NCBI GenBank assembly: GCA_963662265.2
Contig: CAXXHA010000001.1
Span: 128,001-192,000, forward strand
Source of the DNA: Spirochaetia bacterium
GTDB lineage: Bacteria > Spirochaetota > Spirochaetia > CADAEX01
DNA length: 64,000 bases
Direction: 5' to 3'
The notes below the pieces were generated by a model. That model had not been told where the DNA came from, ran no database searches, and was given only the letters and a program-made list of their open reading frames with translations. Positions 30,815 to 41,666 of the stretch are shown piece after piece; positions within the stretch are counted from its first letter, which is position 1, and the number at the start of each line of letters is the position of its first letter. The translations under genes and the position numbers were made by a program.

Positions 30815-30903
30815 ATCTTACCCCTTACAACTGTTATATATAGAAATGTATTTTTAGATAGCCGGACACCACAATCAAGCATCCGGCATATAAAAAAAAT
30901 TCT

Positions 30904-32328
30904 TTAAGATTCTGCAACCTGGTCTTTGATTTTAGCAATTCCGAATCCTGTAAACCCATAGATAATTGCAAAAATAAATCCTGAATAACAGAGAACTGCC
31001 CATGGAAGATAAGAGAGTGTCGGAACACCCTAATGTTCCAGCCATAAAAGTACCTGCAACTTGACCATGGAATTATAGGAACCACACATGTCCCGGAATC
31101 TTCAAGTGTACGGGAAAGGTTTTTAGCTTCAAGCCCTTTCTGTCTATATAAATCCTGTAAAAAGTTCACCGGGAATGAGGATCGCCATATAAGAACTTCC
31201 AGTAGCAAGACTCATGAGAATTGTCGAGGCAACAGTGGATGAAATAAGATGTCCGACAGAACGGATCTTCTGACGGAGTCTGTCGAGGATAACTTCAATT
31301 GCGCCATACTTGCTTAAAATTCCTGCAAAAGAAAGTGCACAGATAATCAGGAGCACGGTCCCCATCATTCCTCTCATACCACCACGATTGAGAAGAGTAG
31401 CAACCTCTTTCATTACATCTGCATTATCAAAACCAGCCACCTGAATAAGTTTCACATTGAATCCTTTTACAATTCCTGTAAATGCATTTTTCAGTGAAAA
31501 TCCCTGGAATATGATTCCAAGCACTCCTGCAACCATTGCAGAGAGCAGCATAAAAGGAACAGTTGGTCGTTTCCTGATAGCTCCATAAAAAATAATTACA
31601 GGGGGAATAAGCAGAAAAACATTCCAGTTAAACATGGTTTCAAGTTGAGAAAGAAGCATTGTAACTCTTTCAGGACTTGTCATTGATGAAGCAGGTGTTG
31701 CAAAACCGGTAACAAGATAAACAACAATTGCAAGAATAGCAGCAGGAACTGTAGTATAAAGCATATGCTTAATATGATCATAGAGATCCGCACCAGCTGC
31801 TGTAGGCGCCAGAATTGTTGTATCTGAAAATGGAGACAACTTATCGCCAAAAACAGCACCAGCAATTACCGCTCCTGCTGCTGCTGGAAGAGGAGTGCCA
31901 AGAGCTCCTGCAATTCCCATTATAGCAACCCCAATTGTTCCAGCAGATCCGAAAGAAGTACCTGTAAAAGTTGAAACAACAGCAGTTACCAGAAAAGCAG
32001 TCACAAGAAGATACTGAGGACTGATTATTTTTATTCCAAAATAAATCATCATAGGGATAGTCCCTGCAACAATCCAGGATCCTATCACAGCCCCAACTGA
32101 AATCATTACAAAAATCGATGTCAGTGATGAAGATATTTTTTCTTTTATTCCATCAAACATTTCGTCCCATGTATAACCAATCCTTTTTGCCACTACTGCT
32201 GCAATAAATGCGGCAAGTACAAGCAAGCCGTGAGTGGAAAGACCATACACTCCATATCCAATTCCAAGTAATGCAAATACACCAATTATCGGGATAACTG
32301 CCTCAATCAAAGTCGGTTGTCTTTTCAT
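30904..32328 (-). CDS. nhaC: NhaC-family transporter, frameshifted near the 3' end
   Basis: GTSFGSAGTIG, FGDKLSPFSDT and LLNRGG motifs; continues as LSRTLEDSGT...IPW in another frame. Confidence 0.85.
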
Positions 32329-32355
32329 ATTCTTTTCTCCAATAATATTCTGAAT

Positions 32356-32910
32356 TTATTTTTTTCGGGTTATTGTCATTGCACAGCCATGACCTTCACC
32401 ATCAGCAACAGTAGTGGGAAAATCAATTTCCACATCTTCAAAAGGGGCACATATACCATAATCACAATGACCAAGCATGTCCCGGCAGAACATTTTTATC
32501 TCTTTTTGTTCAAGGCCAAGTTCAGTAAGAGCCTCCGCGTGGGGGCACTGATGAAAAATCTTTACTGCTTTTTTGTCATTCAATTCAGTAATTTCCTGCT
32601 TGAATACGAACCACCCGCCCTTTGATGTCTGACCGAGGACAGCTTCTTTGGGGCCAATACTTTTACCGGTATATTTTTTTTTGATCTGCTCACCCTGGAA
32701 TACACCAAAATCCCAGGATCCTTCAGCAATAACTTTATTTGCATCAACTTCGGGATAAAGTTCCTTCAATTTTTTCCAGATAAAATAGACCTGACGAGTC
32801 CTGTCCTTGTAAGCTGATTTAACTGCCTCATAGTAATCCTGTGGAGAAACAGATTCGTTGAGCTTCAAACTGTCAACAAAGAACTTGATCTCTCGCTGTT
32901 CATTTTCCAT
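32356..32910 (-). CDS. L-2-amino-thiazoline-4-carboxylate hydrolase-like protein
   Basis: 184 aa; FHQCP...EI..FCRD...CD.G...T.ADG...C pattern; start MENEQ after AGGAGG. Confidence 0.7.
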   Translation of the reverse strand: MENEQREIKFFVDSLKLNESVSPQDYYEAVKSAYKDRTRQVYFIWKKLKELYPEVDANKVIAEGSWDFGVFQGEQIKKKYTGKSIGPKEAVLGQTSKGGWFVFKQEITELNDKKAVKIFHQCPHAEALTELGLEQKEIKMFCRDMLGHCDYGICAPFEDVEIDFPTTVADGEGHGCAMTITRKK

Positions 32911-32945
32911 AAAAATAATCCTCCTAAATGAATTTACAAAACTTA

Positions 32946-32961
32946 TGCAATAATCATACCA
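32946..32961 (-). promoter_or_regulatory. Sigma54 -24/-12 promoter
   Basis: TGGTATGATTATTGCA, 35 bp upstream of the ATG. Confidence 0.8.
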
Positions 32962-33488
32962 ATGAACAGTATTTCCAATTTTAAACGCAAAATATCCGAT
33001 TACATCTGGTTTATGATAGTTATTCAAACAAAAAACCAGTTTGACTAATTATTATTTTTTTCAGAAATAATAACTTTTTCAAAAATGATAAAGCATCTCC
33101 AGGGGATCAAATCATTCCTCAGAAATATATATAAAATAATTTTCACTTGTAACTGATCTGGTAGAGATATTACCTACAACCACATAAAGGGAAGCTATAT
33201 TTTCCCTTGAATATTGCTTTTTGCCTTAAGGATAAAGTAATAAATTATGAGTATTTCTATATAATTGGTGATTTAATATATGGGGTTCTCAGGGATAATA
33301 ATTCATTTTAATAAAACTAGCTCTGCTAGCCAGGGGCCAGTTAGTATGTAAAATCTATTGACATTTCTGCTGACGTAATTTGGCTTCAACAAAGAAAGAA
33401 TATTCAGGTAAAAATCAATTTCCTGTAAAATAAATATATAAAGACTAAAGATTCATATTTACCAGCCTCATTATACTCCAGAAGATAT

Positions 33489-34571
33489 TTATAAGCGCTT
33501 TATTATTTTTCGGGATGTACTCAGGTAAATTCTCATGAGATTGGAAGTTAAACATGAATGTACAGGTAAGAAGCAGATAATATCTCCTGGTTTGTATTTG
33601 TCAATTTCACTGTCAGGAACATTCACAATTCCATGTTCCTGGGAAAGCTTGCTGATATATACATTATCAATAAGACCTTTCCATCTTAAGTTGTCATATT
33701 CAACTGCTTTACCGTAAATTGTGCCGTACTCATCATCCTTAATACTGTCCTTTGAAAAATGGACACCGCCGCCATATATGACAACTTCATTTCTTTCACG
33801 GTGTACAGCAATAACAGGACATACAAGTGCAACTGCAATATTCTCAATCCCGGTCGATCCGATCTGATTTTGCGTAAGGTCATAGAATACAAAATTTCCG
33901 GGGCGTATTTCATCAGCAACCCGGAATTTATCTGTAATGCTGCATCCCGGTGTATCACCGAGAGAAATAATCAGTTCAGGGAACTTTTTAATATAGTGTT
34001 TTTTTAAAACATCCATTATATCAAATGATCTTTCTGTAATTTCAATAATATCCTCTCTTCTTCTGCAGTCATATGTGTGACCAGCATGGCTCAAAAACCC
34101 TTTGAAGATAAGTTTTTCAGAAGATTCCAGAACATTGAGAATCCTGTCAATTAATATTAAATTGTCAGGATCAACACCTGTTCTCTTATAACCGGAATCA
34201 ACCTTTATAAAAATACCGGCACTGTGGCTGAGGTTCTCCTTCAGAAATAATGCTGCCTCTTCTGATTCAACAAGCAAGTTGAGATTAATTCTCTCTGCCA
34301 GGGAATTAATCTCATCAATTTCAAGCAGATTAACAGAAAAAGCAATTGTAATATCATCCCATTCTGCAGAAAAATATTCAGCCATTGTTACTGATGAAAC
34401 AGTAATTTTATCAACGCCGAAATCCTTATACCATCTTCCTATTTCCAGTGACTGGTGTGTTTTAAAATGCGGCCTAAAAATAAGATTGTTTTTGGATGCT
34501 TTATCAGCCATGTTTTTTATGTTATTCCTGCATTTACCTTCATCAACAATTAAAGCCGGTTTTTTTATCAT
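33489..34571 (-). CDS. Fold-type III PLP enzyme (D-threonine aldolase/D-serine dehydratase-like)
   Basis: RPHFKTH, SHAGHTY, EIRPGNFVFYD, LSQEHG and PVHSC motifs. Confidence 0.85.
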   Translation of the reverse strand: MIKKPALIVDEGKCRNNIKNMADKASKNNLIFRPHFKTHQSLEIGRWYKDFGVDKITVSSVTMAEYFSAEWDDITIAFSVNLLEIDEINSLAERINLNLLVESEEAALFLKENLSHSAGIFIKVDSGYKRTGVDPDNLILIDRILNVLESSEKLIFKGFLSHAGHTYDCRRREDIIEITERSFDIMDVLKKHYIKKFPELIISLGDTPGCSITDKFRVADEIRPGNFVFYDLTQNQIGSTGIENIAVALVCPVIAVHRERNEVVIYGGGVHFSKDSIKDDEYGTIYGKAVEYDNLRWKGLIDNVYISKLSQEHGIVNVPDSEIDKYKPGDIICFLPVHSCLTSNLMRIYLSTSRKIIKRL

Positions 34572-34711
34572 ATTGTCTCTCCAATTGGGAATTGAATCTG
34601 TACATAATCATCTCTAAAAAGAAAAAGGCCAGAAGAACTGTTATCCCTCTGAAATATTTTATTACACTGAAAGAGAAAAAACAAAACTGTTTTAAACAAT
34701 AATACGGTTAT

Positions 34712-35746
34712 CTATGCATCACTGAAAACCCTGGATATTGACTTCTTTATCACTCCCGGTAAAATTGATTTCTTCTGGTTGAGAAGGTAGATCAGAAAAA
34801 GTTCTTCAATTGTCTGCCTGGGCCCTTCTGTATTTTTAATTTCTCTTTTTACAGTATTTCCAAGACGCATCTGAAAAAAGGAATATATTTCCCTGGCATC
34901 TCCATTAATAAATATCTTATGTTTTTCTTCATAGATTTTATCTTTTTTAAGAATTTCAATAGATTGTTCTCTGTTTACTGCAGGGATCTTAAGACTTTTC
35001 ATCCTGCTGCGTAAATGTTTAATTTCCTCATGTTTTAACCCGAAAACAAATTCTTCTAGAGCAGATTCCAAACCAGCATTGCCGGGAGCAGATGACAGAA
35101 ATTTCCCCCATGTTTCAGAAAGATTTATGGAAAGCTTCAGGATTTCTGATGTCCCCTGTAATGTACCAAGAACAGGGATCAAATTACATCGTTCTTTCCA
35201 GAGAGCCATCAGGGGAGGAGAAAATGAATCAAGGTTTCGATCCATTCTGAATTCCCAGAGATGAGCAAGTTCATCAGAAGCAATCTGCTTAAATTTCCTG
35301 TGTGTAACATTATTCTTTATTATTGCTTCATAAGTCTCTTCCGCCATTAATGAAAAAACAAGACTGTTGCATGTATTTTGGATTTCATTTACAAGAACAG
35401 AGTCTGTTTTATAATCTGATATTACCTTGAGAAGAAAATAGAAGAAATTTATTTTTGAAAGTATAAAACTCCTCCCCATTATAGCCCGTGTAGGTAAAAG
35501 CAGGGGATTCGAAGTACTGAACTGAATTATTGTATTTGACATGGTTTTTATGTCTCTTTTATTCAATCCATATCTTTTCCTGCTTTTAAGCGATGGTGTT
35601 TTGGAAACCAGAACTGCAAGGGATATAAGAGTTTTTTTCTGGTTCATAAATGTAGCATATATATCTTTTCCTGAGTTCTGTAATATCTCCTCAGATTTAT
35701 CAACCAGACGTAATTCTTTATCAGAAAAAGCAGTAATCTTGTACAT
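34712..35746 (-). CDS. Hypothetical protein
   Basis: 344 aa helical-looking ORF; no recognised motif. Confidence 0.65.
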   Translation of the reverse strand: MYKITAFSDKELRLVDKSEEILQNSGKDIYATFMNQKKTLISLAVLVSKTPSLKSRKRYGLNKRDIKTMSNTIIQFSTSNPLLLPTRAIMGRSFILSKINFFYFLLKVISDYKTDSVLVNEIQNTCNSLVFSLMAEETYEAIIKNNVTHRKFKQIASDELAHLWEFRMDRNLDSFSPPLMALWKERCNLIPVLGTLQGTSEILKLSINLSETWGKFLSSAPGNAGLESALEEFVFGLKHEEIKHLRSRMKSLKIPAVNREQSIEILKKDKIYEEKHKIFINGDAREIYSFFQMRLGNTVKREIKNTEGPRQTIEELFLIYLLNQKKSILPGVIKKSISRVFSDA

Positions 35747-35971
35747 AGTCTGAATACTATATATTAAAGATTTTTCTGAACAACCTGAAAAAAACAGAAA
35801 CAGATACTACATATTTACTACACATTTTCCGGAAGATATCATAATCCCCCTGACCTTTCATAAGTCATAAATACACGTTTTTTAAACAGTTCTTCAGTTA
35901 CATCCCCCTGATCTAATAAATATTTTTATAGAGTTCCCTGTCCCTGAATAAATCTTTGAAGAGGTTTTATA

Positions 35972-36928
35972 TTAATCTGAAAGAAGGTCCCTTACATTGT
36001 CACTGTCTGTATTGCCGCCTGACAGCACAATTATATTTTTCTTTCCTTTTTTCAGGTTTATTTTTCCTGAAATAATACCTGCAAGACCTATTGCTCCCGA
36101 TGGTTCTGCGAGGAGTTTTCCATGTAACAGTATTTCCCGGAAAGCCTGTCTGATACTGTCATCAGAAACACAGACAATATCATCAACATATTTTTCTGTC
36201 ATTTCATAAAGAAGTGGAAATGTTTTTGTCATTTTCAGCCCGTCCGCAATTGTATGGATGAAAGGGACATCAACAGGTCTGCCGGCCTTCATGCTTGCTG
36301 TAAAGCGGGGGATGGCTTCTGTTTCAACTCCTATTACCCGGATACTGCCGTTGTTTTTTTTGACAGCACATCCTATTCCTGATACAAGGGCTCCCGCCCC
36401 GAGAGGCACTATGACAGTGTCTGCATCACCTGCCTCCTCGGTAATTTCAAGGCCCAGAGTACCATGGCCTGCAATTATCTTACTGTCATTGCATGAATGA
36501 ACAAGGGTGCATCCCCTTTCCCTGATTATTTCAGATACTTTTTCATATCTCTGAACAGGAGTCTCCCCGTATAAAACAACTTCAGCGCCCAGTTTTTTTA
36601 CCAGTTCAATTTTTGTTTTCCTGGCATTTTCAGGCATGACTACTATTGCTTTTATTCCGCAGAGTTTTGCTCCATAGGCTACCCCCAGAGCATGGTTTCC
36701 GGATGAAGCTGTAATTATTCCAGATTTCTTTTCATCTTCTGTAAGCGAAAGGATTTTATTGAGAGCACCCCTGATTTTAAATGAACCTGTCAGCTGAAGG
36801 TTTTCAGGCTTGAAGATAATCTCTGTATTGAATTTACTGCTTAGAAAATAATTTTCAATAAGAGGAGTTTTTTTTACATAGGGACCTATTTGTTTTCCAG
36901 CTGATACAATATCTTCAAAATTGACCAA
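35972..36928 (-). CDS. Threonine/serine dehydratase, catalytic domain only
   Basis: KPENLQLTGSFKIRGA, ASSGNHA and SGGN motifs; TTG start after AGGAG. Confidence 0.88.
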   Translation of the reverse strand: MVNFEDIVSAGKQIGPYVKKTPLIENYFLSSKFNTEIIFKPENLQLTGSFKIRGALNKILSLTEDEKKSGIITASSGNHALGVAYGAKLCGIKAIVVMPENARKTKIELVKKLGAEVVLYGETPVQRYEKVSEIIRERGCTLVHSCNDSKIIAGHGTLGLEITEEAGDADTVIVPLGAGALVSGIGCAVKKNNGSIRVIGVETEAIPRFTASMKAGRPVDVPFIHTIADGLKMTKTFPLLYEMTEKYVDDIVCVSDDSIRQAFREILLHGKLLAEPSGAIGLAGIISGKINLKKGKKNIIVLSGGNTDSDNVRDLLSD

Positions 36929-36999
36929 GATACTTACTCCTGCTGCAGCTACTGATTTTCTTTACAATATATATTAAAAATAAGTTCTCTCACAGATAT

Positions 37000-37027
37000 A
37001 AAAGCCCCGCCTGTACAGGCAGGGCTG
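37000..37027 (-). terminator. Intrinsic terminator after the DAACS gene
   Basis: AGCCCTGCCTGTACAGGCGGGGCT followed by a T run on the minus strand. Confidence 0.65.
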
Positions 37028-37032
37028 TAAAA

Positions 37033-38253
37033 TTATGCTACTTTTTCTTTCTTTTTTTCTTCCAGTTTATCGATTATAACAGCTCCTGCAAGGTCTCCTG
37101 TACAGTTGAGTGTTGTTATTCCCATGTCAACTAGCCTGTAAAGACCAGCCATTATAGGTACAATCTCAAGAGGAAGGTTGAATGTTGCAACAAGAACTGC
37201 AATTTTTACAATTCCTGATCCGGGGATTCCTCCACCGCCGAGTGTTACAAGAACTGCAAATCCCACCATGAGGAACATCTGGGGTATTGAAATTGGAATA
37301 CCTGAAGCCTGTGCTGTAAAGATAAGCACTATCGGAAGAAGGACCCCGTTACCATCCTTGTTTATCTGTGATCCGAGAGGAATTGTAAAATTAGATACTG
37401 TTTCTGAAAGTTTGAAATCTTCTTTTGCTATCTTGAGTCCCATCGGAATAGATGCTGTACTGCTGCAAGTACTCAGGGTATAAATCATAAGAGGTGCTGC
37501 TTTTTTAATAAATGTCCATGGAGAGATTTTTGTCACAATCCAGAGCAGGAGTATGTAAACAAGGAAGAAGTGAACAATTGCACCGAAATAGAATGTTCCG
37601 AGCAGTTTTGCTATTGGTCCAAAGAGGTCTGATCCGTATTTTCCGAAAGTTGCTGCCATCAGACAGAAAACCCCTATTGGTGAGAATGAAATAATTATTC
37701 CGACAAGGGACTGGACAAGGTTTGAAAGATGTTCAAGTCCTTTTCTGATTGGTTCACCCTTTTCACCCATATAAACAGCAGCAAGACCGAGAAATATTGA
37801 GAATACAGCTACATGGAGAACATTTCCCTTTGTCATTGATGCAATTATGTTTTTCGGAAAGAGGTCAAGGACAAATTTCTGGAAAGATGTGAATTCGGCA
37901 AGTTTTACACCTTCGGTAGATACTCCTGCAAAAGAAAACCCGACTCCCGGCTGAAGGACTTTACCCACAACAAGCCCGATCACTGCTGCGAGCACAGTTG
38001 TAAGCATGTAATAACCAATTACCTTTCCTCCAATGCTTCCCAGTGTTTTAGGATTTTTTGCACTGCAGATTGCAGAACTCATTACAAATAAAACAATTGG
38101 AATAAGTGTCATTTTCAGCAGGTTGATAAAAATATCTCCAATAAATTTGATTTGTACTGCGCCTGGTCCCCAAATCAAACCAACTACAATACCGGAAATC
38201 ATTCCGATAAGTACTTTCATGGAAAGCGACTGCTTTTTCCACCATGTAAACAT
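37033..38253 (-). CDS. Dicarboxylate/amino acid:cation symporter (DAACS)
   Basis: STCSSTAS, PLGSQINKDG, GIPGSG and DMGITTLNCTGD motifs. Confidence 0.92.
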   Translation of the reverse strand: MFTWWKKQSLSMKVLIGMISGIVVGLIWGPGAVQIKFIGDIFINLLKMTLIPIVLFVMSSAICSAKNPKTLGSIGGKVIGYYMLTTVLAAVIGLVVGKVLQPGVGFSFAGVSTEGVKLAEFTSFQKFVLDLFPKNIIASMTKGNVLHVAVFSIFLGLAAVYMGEKGEPIRKGLEHLSNLVQSLVGIIISFSPIGVFCLMAATFGKYGSDLFGPIAKLLGTFYFGAIVHFFLVYILLLWIVTKISPWTFIKKAAPLMIYTLSTCSSTASIPMGLKIAKEDFKLSETVSNFTIPLGSQINKDGNGVLLPIVLIFTAQASGIPISIPQMFLMVGFAVLVTLGGGGIPGSGIVKIAVLVATFNLPLEIVPIMAGLYRLVDMGITTLNCTGDLAGAVIIDKLEEKKKEKVA

Positions 38254-38305
38254 ATAATACTCCTCTTTATATTTTTAAAGGATTTAAAATCCTTTCATAA
38301 ACAAC

Positions 38306-39349
38306 CTAGTTTGCCAGCTTCCTGAATATACCGGCAGCTTCCGCTGTCATTTCACTGCTGATTCCCCTGTAGAGGACTGCCCTTATGCAGTTTTTATCAA
38401 CTGCATTTACTAGTACTCCGAGTTTTCTCAGCTCAGATGAAAAAGTTTCTGCATCCATTCCTGTTTCAGAAACATCAACTTTAAGAATATTTGTCTGAAC
38501 TGATTTCATATCGATTTTCAGGGATTTTATTCCGCTTAATTCAACAGCAAGGGCTTTTGCATTTTTATGATCTGCCTTAAGCTGCTGCGGACCTGTTTCC
38601 AGCGCAACAATACCTGCAGCAGCAGCAATACCTCCCTGCCTGAGTACACCGCCGAGATATTTCTTGTTTGTTCTTGCTTTTGATATAAAATCTCTGCTGC
38701 TGCACAGGAGGGAACCCATAGGAGCCCCAAGTCCTTTTGAAATACAGAACATCACTGAGTCTGTATGCTTTGTAAACTCCCTGACATCGGTATTGAGAGC
38801 GACCGATGCATTAAAAAGTCTTGCTCCGTCCATGTGTACCGGCACATTATGTTTTTTTACTGTTCTTGATATTTCAGCCATATAATCAGGAGAAAGACAT
38901 GTACCTCCGTAAAAGTTGTTTGTATTCTCAATACACAGGGCTTTTACCCTGCTATCTTTAAGCAGTTTGTCTATTGAAGATATGTCGGGAGATCCAAGGG
39001 AATCTGTCTTATAATAAAGCGGCTTTATTCCTCCAGGCCTTTCAGCAAAAATTCCTTTTTCACTTTTGCATACATGAAGATATTCATTTGCCGCGCAGTA
39101 ATCACCGTAATTTGTATATGTAATGAGGGCCAGAAGATTTCCCATTGTTCCACTTACACAGAAAAGGGCAGATTCCATGCCGGTTATTTCTGCTGCTTTA
39201 TCTTCAAGCAGTCTTATGGTGGGGTCGCCTCCCCTGTTGTCATCTGTAAGACGTCCTTCATCTCCCAGCTCTGCTTCTGATATAGCTTCATACATAGCTT
39301 TTGTAGGTTTTGTTAAAGTATCGCTTCGTAAATCAATCACTGTTGTCAC
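38306..39349 (-). CDS. ltaE: Low-specificity L-threonine aldolase
   Basis: IDLRSDT, SGTMGN, ENT.N, HMDGARLFNA and SKGLGAP.GS motifs. Confidence 0.88.
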   Translation of the reverse strand: MTTVIDLRSDTLTKPTKAMYEAISEAELGDEGRLTDDNRGGDPTIRLLEDKAAEITGMESALFCVSGTMGNLLALITYTNYGDYCAANEYLHVCKSEKGIFAERPGGIKPLYYKTDSLGSPDISSIDKLLKDSRVKALCIENTNNFYGGTCLSPDYMAEISRTVKKHNVPVHMDGARLFNASVALNTDVREFTKHTDSVMFCISKGLGAPMGSLLCSSRDFISKARTNKKYLGGVLRQGGIAAAAGIVALETGPQQLKADHKNAKALAVELSGIKSLKIDMKSVQTNILKVDVSETGMDAETFSSELRKLGVLVNAVDKNCIRAVLYRGISSEMTAEAAGIFRKLAN

Positions 39350-39379
39350 CTCAATTTTATGGATAATTAACAGTAATAA

Positions 39380-39395
39380 TGCAAAGCTTGTGCCA
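39380..39395 (-). promoter_or_regulatory. Sigma54 -24/-12 promoter
   Basis: TGGCACAAGCTTTGCA matches the consensus TGGCAC-N5-TTGC. Confidence 0.9.
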
Positions 39396-39502
39396 GATCT
39401 GTTTTTTTATAAAAAATCAGGGGATTAAGATTGGTTTTTACAGAATTTGCAGGTTTTTGCGGTATTATATTGCAAAAATGAATTATTGAAGTGATTATTC
39501 AG

Positions 39503-39549
39503 TGTCGCTCATGTCGCAAACGCAACAACAGATATGTTGCAATGCAACT
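39503..39549. promoter_or_regulatory. Putative enhancer (UAS) for the PrpR-like activator
   Basis: Imperfect palindromes TGTCGCAAACGCAACA and TGTTGCAATGCAAC, about 110-155 bp upstream of the sigma54 site. Confidence 0.6.
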
Positions 39550-39553
39550 ACAT

Positions 39554-41416
39554 TTAAATATTGAATTTTCTGCACAGCCTCCAGAAAGTGCTTCTGTGAA
39601 TACCGAGAAGTTCTGCAGCCTTTGTCTGGTTGCCTCCGGATGAATCAAGAGCTTTAATCAGATCCTCTTTTGCTACAGGGCTGATTTTCCTCTTGAAAAT
39701 TTCTTCACAGCTGTCTTCGTCGCATGGTTCATATGTTGTTATCATATTCCGTATAGTTTCTGGTGTAATAATCTTGTCTGTGTTGATTATGCTCAGTTTT
39801 GATATAAAATTCTTCAGCTGCCTTATATTTCCCGGCCATGAGTAATTTTTCATTTCATTAACCGCTGCTTCCAGTATTTCAGGCGCAGAGTTTTTTGTCT
39901 GCATCCAGAAAAAAATGAACAGCTCATAGATATCCTCTTTTCTCTCACGCAACGGGGGAATAAAAAGAGTAAGCACATTAAGACGGTAAAAAAGATCATC
40001 CCTGAATTTTCTCTCACTCACCATGTTGCGAAGTTTTTTATTGGTCGCAGCTATAACCCTTACATCGACAGGAATAAAACTGTCGCTTCCAAGTCTCATT
40101 ACTTTCCGTTCCTGCAGAACACGGAGGAGCCGCCCCTGCAGAGTCAACGGCATTTCGCTTATTTCATCCAGAAATATTGTTCCATTGTGGGCAAGTTCGA
40201 AGAGTCCGGTTTTCCCTTTTTTCTTTGCGCCGGTGAACGCCCCTTCCTCGTAGCCGAACAGTTCGCTTTCAAGAATACTTTCCGGAAGAGAAGCACAGTT
40301 GACAGCAACAAAGGGACCGTTTTTTCTTTTCCCTGCATTATGCATGCTCTGTGCGAAAAGCTCTTTTCCTGTTCCAGTCTCTCCGGTTATCAGAACAGTC
40401 ATATCTGTTTCTGAAAAAAGTCCTGCATTCTCAATACAATCCCTGATTGAACTGCTTTTACCCTTTATATCCTTGAACCTGAAGGAAGCAAAAAGGCCTT
40501 TATTCAGCAGCCTGTTCCTTATTTTATGCTCCCCCCTGGTGATTGTGTTGATATCATTGAATGTTGCTATTGCACCTATTATTTCATTGTTGTTTATCTT
40601 GAGCGGAATGAGATCGCACAGCACAGATGTATCTTTGAGACGGGTAATTTCCTGGAGCCTGCTGTTCCCTGTTTTAAGAACAGTGTTAAGCTCTTTGAGT
40701 TCAGGAAAAATATCCTCCAGGGTCTGCCCTTCAGGACTTATGCTGTCTGGAAGTAAAGCTGTAGCTGTCCTGTTTATAAGAGTTATTTTCCCCTCATTGT
40801 CTACTGCAATATATCCTTCATGTGTATTATTTAGAACAGCATTAAGCTCTTCATTTTTTCTTACATTGCTGATTATTGTATCAAGTAGTGCTTCTGCTTC
40901 ACTTATTGCATGAGAAAGAGCCTTTTCACTGAAATCAATCCTTACATAGTTCATGTTCAGCTTTTTTGCAATTCTTGCCTGGAGTTTCCCCCCGACAAAA
41001 ACATCAGTCCCTTCATTCTTCAGTTTAAGCATCTGCTCAATTGTATCTTTTTCATCGCTTGTTCTTATCTGTTTTATATTGATATTTAAAAGGGGATTGA
41101 GTTTTTCAAGCCCCTGGAGAAGGTTTCCGAATCCGATGACTGCTATCTGGGTTCCGAATTTTCTGGCATCGTTTAATGCCTGGATCAAATCTTCAAAAGG
41201 GACAGGAATTTCAACAACAGGAAGGGAAGTGGTTTTTCGGATTTTCATCGCAGTTCTTCCCCTTGCAATTATTACCCTGAGTCCTTCCTGTATAAGTTCC
41301 TCCGGCTTTTCAGGATTGTAAATCTGGATATCAACAGATTTTCCGAGTTTTTCAAAGATCCCTCCTGCAAGTTCTATAAAATCTTCATTATATGCTGCAT
41401 AGCAAATCCTGTTCAT
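39554..41416 (-). CDS. PrpR-like sigma54-dependent activator
   Basis: PrpR_N-like start (IIARG, PVVEI), PAS-like region, [14 protein letters not shown] and Fis HTH. Confidence 0.92.
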   Translation of the reverse strand: MNRICYAAYNEDFIELAGGIFEKLGKSVDIQIYNPEKPEELIQEGLRVIIARGRTAMKIRKTTSLPVVEIPVPFEDLIQALNDARKFGTQIAVIGFGNLLQGLEKLNPLLNINIKQIRTSDEKDTIEQMLKLKNEGTDVFVGGKLQARIAKKLNMNYVRIDFSEKALSHAISEAEALLDTIISNVRKNEELNAVLNNTHEGYIAVDNEGKITLINRTATALLPDSISPEGQTLEDIFPELKELNTVLKTGNSRLQEITRLKDTSVLCDLIPLKINNNEIIGAIATFNDINTITRGEHKIRNRLLNKGLFASFRFKDIKGKSSSIRDCIENAGLFSETDMTVLITGETGTGKELFAQSMHNAGKRKNGPFVAVNCASLPESILESELFGYEEGAFTGAKKKGKTGLFELAHNGTIFLDEISEMPLTLQGRLLRVLQERKVMRLGSDSFIPVDVRVIAATNKKLRNMVSERKFRDDLFYRLNVLTLFIPPLRERKEDIYELFIFFWMQTKNSAPEILEAAVNEMKNYSWPGNIRQLKNFISKLSIINTDKIITPETIRNMITTYEPCDEDSCEEIFKRKISPVAKEDLIKALDSSGGNQTKAAELLGIHRSTFWRLCRKFNI

Positions 41417-41666
41417 AGCGGACCTCTTATTAAGCTTTGGATGATAATCATGGGATTATATCACAGATTCTGAATATTTTAGTATTTATGCTGTAATATG
41501 CTGACAGCTATCTTTATGCACAGCAGTATTTTTTTATAGACACACATCTTTATTTAATGGATTTTTTAGAACAAATCTCTCATATAACCACTAACGTATA
41601 ATATTAACAAAATAAGACAGGATTCTGCAGAGAGAGGACATTAAATATAAGAATAATTTTTTGGAT

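Noticed and set aside
40299-40913. 204-aa plus-strand ORF, and similarly 62920-63699 and many short ORFs
   Set aside because: Antisense shadows of well-supported genes, with no motifs of their own.
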